Source: Eledone cirrhosa
Lineage: Eukaryota
Reading direction: 5' to 3'
DNA: 64,000 bases
NCBI GenBank assembly: GCA_964016885.1
Contig: OZ024741.1
Location: 321,222,001 to 321,286,000, forward strand
Shown here: positions 1 to 11,960 of the stretch, piece by piece
How the letters are laid out: each line of letters starts with the position of its first letter
How positions within the stretch are numbered: position 1 is the first letter of the stretch
Program-made: the position numbers and the translations under genes
The notes under the pieces: generated by a model
Database searches by the model: none
What the model was told of the DNA's origin: nothing
The model's input: the letters and a program-made list of their open reading frames with translations, nothing else

Positions 1-306
1 CTTTTTTCCCAATAACGTCGGGTATTACTAATAGAGTATAAATATATATCCCTTTTAACTAAGGACATTAACATTCACTAAAAATTCACTGAATCTTTAT
101 GTCTACCTAAATATCTATTATCTATCTATTTATTTATCTATCTGCTTATGTATCTGTTTGTCTGTCTATCTATCTACCTATGTATCTGTCTGTGTGTCTA
201 TCTATATGTGTGTCTTTGTATATATCTCCGGAATAGCCACACACACAAAACAGGATGGTCATGACTGGAATGCTTGTCATGATACATCAGATCTGTAATA
301 TTTACG

Positions 307-860
307 ATGGCTTACGAATTCGAGCAACGTGCCTGCACCAAGATTTGCAAGAAACTCGGCAAATCTGCTTCCGCAAACCTTCGAAATTCTTTGTCCGGCT
401 TTTGATGAAATTTCATCAGGTTAAATAGATTATTTTAGTGTAATGAACTTTTCAAAACCGGTTGAGTTTTGGCTCAAAATAATGAGCTTTAAGGGCGATT
501 AATCATTAGAAACACTCCAAAAAACAATGGACTATATTCTTAAAATTATGCGTGAGATCCGTTGCTAAACATATCATTAGTTCTGTTACATGAATGTAAT
601 CAACTAAAGAGTCTACTATGACGTTCTCACTGAAAACCTTAACATGTATCGTATTTTTACTCATTTGACCGACACACTCTTCCTTCGCCGTGTTTCTCAA
701 AATGAAATTGAATCTGAAGGGACGTCTTTTCGAATCAGTTGATAGAATTGAAACGGCATAACGTATTGTATGGCCTACAGGAAGGAGACTTGGGCGAAGC
801 TGTTAGGTCCTTGAAGATGCACTCGGATCGCATCATGTATTCAAAGAGGGTACTGTCCGA
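307..860 (+). mobile_element. Degenerate Tc1/Mariner transposase remnant
   Basis: Frameshifted translation resembles a mariner N-terminus (EQRACTKICKKLGKSAS...) at ~320-400 and C-terminus (FLKMKLNLKGRLFESVDRIE) at ~690-760. It is heavily disrupted. Confidence 0.7.
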
Positions 861-889
861 ATATAAAAATATGTATTAAATTCTTAGAA

Positions 890-1155
890 AATGTTAAAAT
901 TCTTAAACGTAGTCGATTGTTATAAATAATAGCTTAGAAAATCCCTTAAATACCTCTATAGACGGAAAAAAGTGACCAACAACCGTTAGAGAGAATTGAA
1001 CTCTGTGCCTCTCAAATTCCGGTTGAATTTGAAAGGTACTGTGATCGATTCTCTGTAGCATCTGCTATCCTCTTTTTTCCGTCTGTATGGGTATTTTACC
1101 CGATTTTCTAAGCATATATTTTTAGCAATCAACTGTATTCAGAATATTTTCTGCA
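890..1155. repeat. Old diverged fold-back palindrome
   Basis: gcttagaaaatc...aaatacctctatagacggaaaaaag (~931-972) is the approximate reverse complement of cttttttccgtctgtatgggtatttt...gattttctaagc (~1072-1113). The apex is tcaaattc-cggtt-gaatttga at ~1012-1032. Confidence 0.7.
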
Positions 1156-1559
1156 TTTGAGATTTTCTATATTTTCTACGAATTCCAATCAACTCAACGC
1201 TTCGATGATTTATTTAAAATATTTTATTTTCTGGAGCACCTATGTACATTTTAAAGTCAGCAGTCATTTTGATCGGTGTGTGATTAACGATATCAGAAAC
1301 TCCGGTCTTATTATCACTTAACAACTAAATATCCAGGACCGGGCTGAGCCACTAAATCCTATTACTCCTCATTTTATTTTGAAGGATCAAAAACCAAATT
1401 TCAATTATCACACGACTTATTAACCCTACTAAATCCGGTATAGTTACGCTTAAATAGAATTATCTCCAAAATTAAAAAAATGGCCCCTTTAACATTTTGG
1501 AATAATTATTCTATTGGGATAGATTAGGAATATTGCCATTTTATCCAGTTTGACATCAA

Positions 1560-2125
1560 TGATTATTATCTTCTATTATTCTACGGCTACTCCTGAGGCC
1601 TATTAATTTCGTCAAAACATTAACGGAGATTAAAGATCTCAAACTTAATGTCATTTTAAATGCTCGAAAGACTGAACTTCGATTACTGTATTTGGATTTT
1701 TAAAAATATGAATAGTGCCCCCTTCGGTGTGAGCATGAGGGCAACGATATAGCGATGATTACAACATTTATTGGTCTTTTTTTATTATTCTCAATTAAAA
1801 AAGAATTCCCCAATGTAAGTGGTAGTCCACTATGTTGGACTTCTGACTATGACCAAGTGCAGAACCTGACTTATAGATAGGTTCAAGAAGGAGCTTATTG
1901 CTTTTTTTAAAAGCTTAAACCTTTCTATAAAAGTAGATGCAAACCTATAGGTGGAGAAGAATTTTCTAGATGTGACCCTAAATATGTCCAATGGCCTGTA
2001 ATATCCGTACAGAAAAACCAACGAGATTTTGAATTACATTATTATATCTTCCAACCAACCCACTAACTTAACTAAAACCCTGGTTAGGAACCTCACTCTG
2101 AAGCTATCCTATATTTCCACTCTTA
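1560..2125 (+). mobile_element. Penelope-like element reverse transcriptase remnant
   Basis: Translation with stops and frameshifts gives NVILNARKT..., PFGVSM..., DRFKKELIAFFKSLNLSIKVDANL*VEKNFLDVTLNMSNGL*YPYRKTNEILNYIIISSNQP, which matches the PLE RT C-terminal/thumb pattern (FLDVTL...YPYRK...YI...SNHP). Confidence 0.75.
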
Positions 2126-2756
2126 TATTTTACCTATAAACTTCGATTTGTATTAACCCTTTTTAACTGTATATATATACAAAAAAAAAAGCAATAACAA
2201 AACAGAATTGCAAAGGAATATTGCAACAAAAAATAATGAAAATACCATTTACTCACAATTTCGACTGTTCTGTAAAGTGAGATAAAAAAAAATTGTTTAG
2301 TTATATAGGGGGAGAGGGGTTCAAATGGTTGAGATCTATAACGGCAATTATTTCGAAATGTACCACATTTAGATTTACACACTAGCACAATCCTTAGCCA
2401 AACAAAGGGTCGTTCTTTTACCCCTGACGCCACCACTTGCTGCCAACGACCTTAGGCATAGTAGTGGTAATTGATCGACGCACGGAGATGTACAGGCTAC
2501 CTCTTGTCTTGCACTGTTAGTGATATCTGCACTTGCAGAAACCCTTTACGTCTGGGACTAAACTACGTGCAAGTAGTCAATTTCAAATATATACATTTTG
2601 TTAGCTCTCTGAGAATTGTTGGCTCAAGTATACTTTCAAGTTATTTCTTATTGAGTGAGTAATTGAGAGCAACGGAGGTTATAGAAAATGTTTTTCCTAT
2701 GAACTCGATAACTAAACTATATGTATATATATAGTATCTTAGCACACTTTCTTTGT

Positions 2757-2805
<49 letters not shown>

Positions 2806-2825
2806 TCTTAGCACACTTTCTTTGT

Positions 2826-2870
<45 letters not shown>

Positions 2871-2874
<4 letters not shown>

Positions 2875-3587
2875 ATGATATTAATAAATGGAAACCATCT
2901 TTATAAAATTTAAGGAATGAGTATAAGAAACAAATTATATTACAGTTAGAAATACACTATTATTATTAAAATATAACTGTATGGATCAAATCAGTGATGG
3001 TGTAAAGAGAGTGATACAATTATATTTATTTATTTAATTAATTAATTATAATTAAATAAATAAATATATTTGTATCACTCTCTTTACACCATCACTGATT
3101 TGATCCATACAGTTATATTTTAATAATAATAGTGTATTTCTAACTGTAATATAATTTGTTTCTTATACTCATTCCTTAAATTTTCTTGCACCCTAATATT
3201 AACATTAACCTTTCTCTCTTCTTCCCTTAAATATTTAAATTTACCTAGCGTCTAACGATCTTTTTTAACTGTACGTTTAGCCTAATTAACATATTCATCC
3301 TAAGATTTTAAATTTCTTTCACTATCCAAACTGAACTTAAAACGATAAGTTCTTGTTATTTTGGATATGTCAATACTTATAAAACAACTTCTGTATTTTA
3401 TTTGATGAGAGCGTACCAAAGTGTTGGTACCCTTGAAATATATATAATAAAATAAATATGGTTTTATAAAGATAGTTTCCATTTATTAATATCATTGATA
3501 TTATACTCCAGAAGAATTATGTAGAGTGCTTCGAATCTGTTATAAATAAATTAGTTGAATAACCAACAAATTAAATATCGCTTTTCT

Positions 3588-3590
<3 letters not shown>
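2871..3590. repeat. (TA)n-embedded unit with near-perfect 280-bp hairpin and a second inverted segment
   Basis: 2905-~3040 is the reverse complement of ~3050-3184, and 2871-2908 is the reverse complement of ~3462-3499. It is flanked by (TA)n on both sides. Confidence 0.85.
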
Positions 3591-3629
<39 letters not shown>

Positions 3630-3723
3630 GTGGAACACTGGAAGGTAATATCCGTAGTGGTAGAGCACTCAGTCCAAGGGACGAGTTAGGTAGAAGTGGT
3701 TACACAACAGTTAGTTCACCATA

Positions 3724-3763
3724 CCGAGAACAATTGTTTCACCTTCGCGGATCTTCAGCTCGG
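3724..3763 (-). ncRNA. Minimal type I hammerhead ribozyme motif in PLE 3'UTR
   Basis: Minus strand reads CCGAG-CUGAAGA-UCCGCGAAGGU-GAAAC-AAUU-GUU-CUCGG. Stem I is CCGAG/CUCGG, the core is intact, and stem III is the palindrome ACAAUUGU. The mirror copy at 5096-5139 has a damaged core (CTAGCTAAAGA). Confidence 0.85.
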
Positions 3764-3945
3764 GATGTGTATGGTTATAGGAACAGGAAAGACAACCGTA
3801 CGAACGCGCATGCGCAGAAACTCGATCACTTCACACAGGCAATACTAGACAGCGTGCGGGAGGTGTAAGGGAGATAACTGCGAAAGTCCGGAAAGTTTTT
3901 AGGTTGAAAATAAAATTAAAAAATTAAAAATATAGTTACAAAGAA

Positions 3946-4546
3946 TCAGTCCGGAGCCTTGTAGTTATGCAATAGATGTTCGGTGACGTGTGGACAACGT
4001 GTGAAAAATTCACTTCTCGTATTTAGTCAATCACTATTTCGCAATCTCTTTAGGATAGTTATTCGTTCGTCAATATATAAGCCACACGTCGGATTTCCCC
4101 TTGCGTATGGCTTGGACTTAGTGATGGCTTTCCATTGAATGGAGTAGCCTATACTTGAGTCCTATACGCGAGTTTCGTGGATGAACGTCTGTCCGGGTAT
4201 CTGAAGTTAGACTGGTGGTTCAGGAAACGCTCCTTGAATCCGCCCTCCGCTATGCCCACATAGGATTTGACCTCCTGTGGTTCGTTTGGTCGGTTGGAAG
4301 TGACCACAGCTTCATAGATTACAGCTGGTGTGTTGCATTGTTGTTGAAGGGGGCAAGCTTCAGGCTTACGGCAAGAGCACCCTGGTGGGGTGTTGCTCCT
4401 AGGGCTGCTGGTGATGTGGGCCTTCATGTTTTTAGCGCAGGAGTATCCTAGTTTAATTTTGTGTCGGTTAAAGATGGAGCGGTATTTATTACCTATGGGG
4501 AAGTGTCTATCTAAGAGGGCTAGAAATTGTTTTCCTACATTGGTTT
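3946..4546 (-). pseudogene. PLE ORF C-terminus: Cys linker + GIY-YIG endonuclease (frameshifted)
   Basis: TNVGKQFLALLDRHFP...SIFNRHKIKLGYSC..., CSCRKPEACPLQQQC, AVIYEA...SYVGIAEGGFKERFLNHQSNF. Confidence 0.85.
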
Positions 4547-4913
4547 CAACCGACCAAACGAACCACAGGAGGTCAAATCCTATGTGGGCATGGCGGAGGG
4601 CGGATTCAAGGAGCGTTTCCTGAACCACCAGTCTACCTTCAGATACCCGGACACACGTTCATCCACGAAACTCGCGAGTCACGTATGGTCCCTCAAGGAC
4701 TCAAGTATAGGCTACTTCATTCAATGGAAAGCCATCACTAAGTCCAAGCCATATGCAAGGGGAAATCCGACGTGTGGCTTATGTATTGACGAACGAATAA
4801 CTATCCTAAAGAGATTACGCAATAGTGATTGCCTAAACACGAGGAGTGAATTTTTCACACGTTGTCCACACGTCACCAAACATCTATTGCATAACTACAA
4901 GGCTCCGGACTGA
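4547..4913 (+). pseudogene. PLE GIY-YIG C-terminal half, open frame but 5'-truncated
   Basis: KSYVGMAEGGFKERFLNHQSTF...TKLASHVWSLKD...WKAITKSKPY...CGLCIDER...CLNTRSEFFTRCPH. Confidence 0.85.
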
Positions 4914-5300
4914 TTCTTTGTAATTTTATCTTTAATTTTTTTATTTTATTTTCAACCTAAAAACTTTCCGGATTTTCGCAGTTATCTCCCTTACACCTCT
5001 CGCACGCAGTCTAGTATTGCCTGTGTGAAGTGACCGAGTTTCTGCGCATGCGCGTTCGTACGGTTGTCCTTCCTGTTCCTATAACCATACACATCCCGAG
5101 CTAGCTAAAGATCCGCGAAGGTGAAACAATTGTTCTCGGTATGGTGAACTAACTGTAGAGTAACCACTTCTATATATATAAACACATACGTATATATACA
5201 TACATAATTATATATACTTACATTTATATATCCAGAAATATAAATACATATATATACAGAAATATGAATAAATATATATACATGCATATGTATACATATA

Positions 5301-5442
<142 letters not shown>

Positions 5443-5877
5443 TACGTGTGTATCTATGTATCTGCATGTGCGTATATGTATGAGAGAAGGGGAGAGACAT
5501 TTAGCCCTAGGTATGTCCATATAAGTCTATGTGGATTTATCCAGTTTGTCCCTTGTGAGATCCTTAAAAATAATTCCAGACAATGTATTGAATTTCATAT
5601 AATCGACTAAAACTCTTGGTGCCTGTGCCACAGTATGTCCATAGCCTGATATTCGTAAAAGAATATGAATAGCTACTTTAAAATCTCTTGTTGAGATTTG
5701 TGCTACAGAATTTGTACGCCAGTATTTCAAAATGTCAATGTTTCAAGTATACAACAAGCATTATCAATATTTAGTTTGAATTCATTTGTTTGTTTTTGTT
5801 TCCTCGGTTTTTGTGTAACCATCTGTCTTTTTTGTGTGACCCTAGCTAATCTGAAAAGCTAGTGCTGTATTACCTTA

Positions 5878-6406
5878 TCTATATATATATAAAGCTGTGG
5901 TTGTCTGTCTGTCTATCGATTTTTGGCACACATCTCCTCTTAGAATCTCTGACGGAATTGCACCGAAATTGCTATACTTGTACATTGAGCCCTAGCGAAG
6001 ACATCGGAAAAAAAATATTTCAAATTGACCCACCCTATGTGACGAAATCGAATCTAATGTATCGATTTTTGAGCGTAAGTGACGAGTTATTTCCCTTTGT
6101 TCTGTTTACATTGAGCGTCTTACGTTGTTTTTCTCTGCGTTGCAGTGTTTACATTTTCGATCTTTGTTAATAAATAACCAGTGCAGTGTTTATCCCCAGC
6201 ATCCTCTTTTGTTATAACATTCGGGTTATCGTTATGTTTTCTTAACTTCATAAGGCATATTGTTGGTTGAGGGAATATTAATCAAAAACACCACATGCAA
6301 GTCTGCACAGTAGACACTACAGTTTTTAAGCCAAAAAAGAAACTTAACATTGTAACTTTAACACAGCTACTGAGCGACCCCGAGCAACGCCGGGCTTTAC
6401 TGCTAG
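5878..6406 (+). mobile_element. Non-autonomous Helitron
   Basis: 5' A|TCTATATATATATAAAG, subterminal GC hairpin cccgagcaacgccggg (~6379-6394), 3' CTAG|T. It is inserted between A and T with no TSD. Confidence 0.85.
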
Positions 6407-6634
6407 TATCTAATATAAATGTCTATTGTTATATTTTAGGATGGCCAATGGTTGATTAGAAAACCGTCACGAACTATTTGATAAGTTAGAGTAAGTATAT
6501 AGTGATAAAACGATACACAAACACACATTAACGCATACGCCCACATATGCATACACATACATTTACACACACACATATACACACACACACAAATATATAT
6601 ATATATATATTTATTATATATATATATTTATTAT

Positions 6635-6689
<55 letters not shown>

Positions 6690-6696
<7 letters not shown>

Positions 6697-6960
6697 AAAA
6701 GAAATCGAAAATGCAATTGGAGTCTTTTTAAGAATATTTATTTATTACCTTTACTGGTTTGTCTCGCATCTCGCGAGACAAACGATAAACCTTGCATTTC
6801 AATTTTACTTTTGAAAGGCATAGGAATTGTGAAACCGGTAAAGGTAATAAATAAATGTTCTTAAAAAGACTCCAGTTGCAATTTCGATTTCTTTTCCTTA
6901 TACTTTCACCCGTGTAGGACATCTCGTTTTTTTCTTTTTCTTTCGGTTTTTTATTAAAAA
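6690..6960 (+). repeat. (TA)n-flanked fold-back unit with degenerate hammerhead
   Basis: 6690-6760 is the reverse complement of ~6832-6902. It has an internal hairpin gtttgtctcgc/gcgagacaaac and a degenerate core ttactt-TTGAAAG-gcataggaattgt-GAAACCGGTA-aaggtaa (~6804-6847). Confidence 0.65.
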
Positions 6961-8139
6961 AAAACCTCATTTTCTTTTATATAGAGAGAGATATATAGGA
7001 GGGGGCAGAGAGCGGGAGAGAGAGTGAGAGTGTTAAATATACGCACATATACATGCACACATAAACATATACACATATACATCCATGACGATTGCGTCAT
7101 CTTATCAGAAGATAGCTGCCTCAACATCACCTCAGTGACACATGCAAGTCTACACTATCCATGTGCTGAAACCATGAAACCCCCATCCCACACCAGATGT
7201 AGATAGAAAACAGCACGTCAACAGAAGAAGGCGGTGGAAATTGAAAATGAATTTCGCCATATTTTTTTAGTACAGAAGATGGTCTAATAATAATAGGATG
7301 TATAAGCCTATAGATAAGTACCCATTTATTTCGTTCTTGAGGCTTATATACCCTGTATAATTGACAATTTTCTGTAGTGAAAATTATACGGCGAAATTTA
7401 CTAATTCAATTCAATTTTCAGTCTGATAAAAATAGTGAATTACTATGAAATAATAACAGTTGGATTAAAAGAATACTTAGACGTAAACAGAGTAAGATTG
7501 ATGAAGGTAATAAAGAAGAATGAATCTCTTAATATAAGGAAACTATAAAGCCCAAAGTAAAACCAAACTATACAGAAACAACAGATTTAGATAAGAACAA
7601 TACAACAAAAATAATATTAGAATAGAATTACAAGGTATAATGAAGGAATAATAGAGAGAAGAATTACTTCACTGCCAATTCTTTGCAAGGCTCAACGGGA
7701 AAGATGTAAGCCAGAATGAGGTTTAACAATGGCTCAAACGTTTCAGGCTAAAGTAGAAATAGGACTGATTCAATAGCACCAGATCAATGTCTGGCAACAA
7801 ACAATTGAAAAACTAAAATAATTGTTTCTTAATTAGGCACAAGACCAACGATTCTGGTGGAGGGGGAAGTCGATTAACTTAACCCCAGTGAGTTACTGGT
7901 ACTTCATTTTATCTACCTCGGAAAGAGGAAAGGCAAAGTTAACCTTATTAGGCCTGACTCTTCAAGTCCTGCAAACAAAACAACGTAAATTGTGTAAATT
8001 GACAGATTACTAAGTTTATGTTTTACAGTTACACAGTATCCCAAAAAGGAGACCTCCACAACATAGATGTTCCTATCTGGAAAAAGAAATAACCCTTTCC
8101 AAAAAGTAATTTTGAATCGACACATACTTACAAATTTAA

Positions 8140-8960
8140 TAATTGTTTCTACTTTAGGCACAAGGCCAGCAATTACCCAGTGCTGGTACTTTATTTTATC
8201 GACCCCGTAAGGATGAAAGGCAAAGTCAACCTCAGCGGGATTTGAACTCAGATCGTAAAGGGATGTAACTATGCTGGAATGATTTCTACACAAGACCAGC
8301 AATTTTGTAGGCGGTGAAAGTCGATTAAATCGACCCCAGTACTAGTACTTTATTTTATCGACCCCGTAAGGATGAAAGGCAAAGTCAACCTCAGCGGGAT
8401 TTGAACTCAGATCGTAAAGGGATGTAACTATGCTGGAATGATTTCTACACAAGACCAGCAATTTTGTAGGCGGTGAAAGTCGATTAAATCGACCCCAGTA
8501 CTAGTACTTTATTTTATCGACCCCGTAAGGATGAAAGGCAAAGTCAACCTCAGCGGGATTTGAACTCAGATCGTAAAGAGATGTAACTATGCTGGAATGA
8601 TTTCTACACAAGACCAGCAATTTTGTAGGCGGTGAAAGTCGATTAAATCGACCCCAGTACTAGTACTTTATTTTATCGACTCCGTAAGGATGAAAGGCAA
8701 AGTCAACCTCAGCGGGATTTGAACTCAGATCGTAAAGGGATGTAACTATGCTGGAATGATTTCTACACAAGACCAGCAATTTTGTAGGCGGTGAAAGTCG
8801 ATTAAATCGACCCCAGTACTAGTACTTTATTTTATCGACCCCGTAAGGATTAACGACAAAACTAACCTCCGCGAGATTTGAACTCAGAACGTTAAAGGCC
8901 GTAACTCTACGCAGTACAGTGTCTGATGCTCTACTGATACTGCCAATCCACCTTCCTGGG
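8140..8960 (-). repeat. Tandem array of a 159-bp tRNA-SINE-derived unit
   Basis: The anchor ttattttatcgac recurs at 8191, 8350, 8509, 8668 and 8827 (period 159). Units are nearly identical and each carries a minus-strand B box GAGTTCAAATCC. Confidence 0.95.
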
Positions 8961-8994
8961 AGTTGCAAATTTAATTATATACATAATGAAAACG

Positions 8995-9160
8995 GGTATC
9001 GGCAAATTGGTAGAGTCGTTAGAACGTCGGATAGAATACTTTGCGATATTTGCGAATATTCTGGCTCTCTGAGTTTAAATCCCACTCAGGTTAACTTTGC
9101 CTTTTATCCTTTCGAGGTTGATACAAAAAAGTAGCAGTCTAGTACTGGAGATGATTTTAC
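8995..9160 (+). mobile_element. tRNA-derived SINE (main family), diverged copy
   Basis: ggcaaattggtagagtcg...gagtttaaatcccactcaggttaactttgccttttatcctttcgaggttgat. Confidence 0.75.
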
Positions 9161-9309
9161 CTCTATATCACTTTCTTACCTCCTCAATTACTCTTTCATC
9201 TTCTCAGGAAGAAATCGACAGTGAAGAGGCGATGGACTCCACCAAGTTTTAAGTGACCAAGAAGCGTCGTGTGTCACTGCAGTGCCCCTACCACTCCGCC
9301 AGGAGTTAT

Positions 9310-9772
9310 GAGTCCATACATAATTGTTTCTGATTTAGGGATAAGGCCAGCAATTTGGGAGGAGGGGAAAATTCGATTAAATCAACCCGTGTATTACTGG
9401 TAATTTATTTTATCGACTCCGAAAGGATGAAAGGCAAAGCTAACCATGGCGAGATTTGAACGTAAAGGGCCGTAACTCAATGCTGTAAAGCACGTTGTCC
9501 GACGCTCTACCGATACTGCCAATTGAGTCCATACATAATGGTTTCTTATATAGGCACAAGGCCAGCAATTTTGGGGGAGGGGAAAGTCGATTAAATCGAC
9601 CCCAGTACGTGGCTAGTACTTTATTTTATCGACCCCGTAAGGATGAAAGGCAAAGTTAACCTCGGCGGGATTTGAACTCAGAACGTAAAGGACTGTAACT
9701 CTATGCGGCAAAGCATTTTGTCCGACGTTCTATTGATACTGCCGATCACCGCCCATCGAGTCCATACATAAT
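9310..9772 (-). mobile_element. Two adjacent full-length tRNA-SINEs bounded by a triplicated 15-bp target site
   Basis: GAGTCCATACATAAT occurs at 9310, 9525 and 9758. The minus-strand head has an A box (TGGCAGTATCGG) and B box (GAGTTCAAATCC, clear in the second copy), the body is gactttgcctttcatccttacggggtcgataaa, and the tail is ...agaaacaatt. Confidence 0.9.
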
Positions 9773-9879
9773 GAAAACGAAAAGATCGACATAAAAATAG
9801 AATGTTTTAAAGATAGAATTTGAATTGAAAATACAAGGAACGAACAAAAAAATATTAAAGCTATAAACTTTGAGAACAT

Positions 9880-10374
<495 letters not shown>

Positions 10375-10422
10375 TATATATCTTCCATATACTGTACCGA
10401 TTGTGTTGTTATTTCTGTTTAC

Positions 10423-10488
<66 letters not shown>

Positions 10489-10866
10489 CACACACACATA
10501 TACACACATATATACACACATATACACACACATAGACACACACGTCAGATTATTGCTTTAAACAAAACTAAATGCCAAAAGTAATTTGATAGGTATTATT
10601 ATTCTAGCTATTTTAGTAATACATTATGTTATAATTATTCTTAACAGGAAACTAAGTGAATTAGCAAACTAAAGAATACAATAAGAAATATAATTATTCC
10701 TGTAAGATTTACATAAAATCTGACACAAAAACATTATATTTACTATGAATACAGTGAATGGTCTGCAACTAGAAAATTTATATGAAATATTTACTGTAGG
10801 AATAGAAAACTATCTAGAGAGAAGGAAGAGAAACTAATGTATACCATCATTAATATATATAATTCA

Positions 10867-11050
10867 CAGATCTGCCAACCTCTGATGACCCAACCATGAA
10901 AAGAGTGCCCCAAAACGGGGAGAAATGAGACAAAATGGGGAGATTTTACATTAAGAAATCTATACCCATTTTCACAAGAGAAGACATCTCTCACACACCC
11001 CAAAGTGGGTAGGAGATCTCCCCGTCGGGCGGGGAGAATTGACAGGTCTG
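10867..11050. mobile_element. MITE with CAGAYCTGYCAA-type TIRs (hAT-like), copy 1
   Basis: Starts cagatctgccaac and ends attgacaggtctg. The interior is homologous to 53396-53596. Confidence 0.75.
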
Positions 11051-11444
11051 GAAGATGTGCGAGACATAACTTTACAAAAACTGAGGGCTGGGTAGGGTCA
11101 GGTATGTTATACAAAGAAAATATATTTAGAAGTAGTGTAAAAAAACAATGGTTTCTAATTTAGGCACAAGACCAGTAATTTGGGGGAGAGGAAAGTTTAT
11201 ATAAATGACCCAGTAGTAAAAAAAATAATTTATTTAATATATAAAACCTCACAATGTCATGAAAGATCATTGACATTATATGAAAATAATAGAGCAATAT
11301 CTAATAAAAACAAAACGATCTACTAAAGGGAGCAGAAAAGGAGGAAGAAAAAAGAAAATGCAAAGGAGAAAAAGAAAGAAGGATCAAGCGGCTAAAGAAA
11401 GAGAGAGAGGGACAGTAGTCACTACACCCCAGTCTAAGTGGTAC

Positions 11445-11625
11445 TTCAACCGCACCCCGCGGAGGATGGCCAAAGACACCCGTTGCAACAATCACTCCAC
11501 CTCATGGGCTCCCTTCTCAAGTAGGCCGCCGTCTTTCCGACTCTACGGAGGAAATCAGCAGTACAGAGACCAAGGATAGCAGAGGTCTCGACAAAGACCA
11601 GTGCAAAGAGTAAGCGGTCGGTCAT
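11445..11625 (-). mobile_element. CRE-clade non-LTR 3' fragment (RLE domain) interrupting a SINE
   Basis: FALVFVETSAILGLCTADFLRRVGKTA..., homologous to 12810-12995. SINE halves flank it (ccccagtctaagtggtact / tcaaccccagaagagcgaaaggcaaagttgacc). Confidence 0.6.
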
Positions 11626-11669
11626 CAACCCCAGAAGAGCGAAAGGCAAAGTTGACCTTCTTTTCTTTT

Positions 11670-11960
11670 TAGCTTCTTGAGTTCTTCGGACCTTTGCTTC
11701 CACAAGTGCAGTTACAAGGCTTTTTGTCCTGCACCAAGATCCCGTTCATGGGCTTGTACCGGGGCACAGTTTCAGTATACCCCTTTGGGTTTCGGGGGTG
11801 GAGGCATTGGAAATTGTAGTCCATTCTGGCCCCGCCAACCCCGATCACATATTGCCTTTGTCACTCCTGCATTGATAGCTTGTCTTTAACGATATGTGAC
11901 AGCAAGCCAAGGATCAACATAGTTACCGATGCCCCTGAGCGTCATCCTTGTAAATCAGTG
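11670..11960 (-). mobile_element. Possible L1/Tx1 ORF1 remnant
   Basis: ...ILVQDKKPCNCTCGSKG resembles the lead-in to a gag zinc knuckle and is similar to the end of the 27.8-28.3 kb ORF. Confidence 0.35.

Larger units (their letters stand above)
3628..5172. mobile_element. Fold-back Penelope-like element 3' part (GIY-YIG endonuclease + 3'UTR in inverted duplicate)
   Basis: Arms 3691-4296 and 4547-5172 are reverse complements with scattered substitutions and one short deletion. The spacer 4297-4546 continues the minus-strand ORF. It is inserted in (TA)n. Confidence 0.92.

Noticed and set aside
8140-8960. CRISPR-like regular repeats
   Set aside because: The units are identical along their whole length with no unique spacers, they derive from a SINE, and the context is eukaryotic.
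9640-9755. tRNA gene
   Set aside because: The A and B boxes belong to a SINE head and no complete cloverleaf is present.
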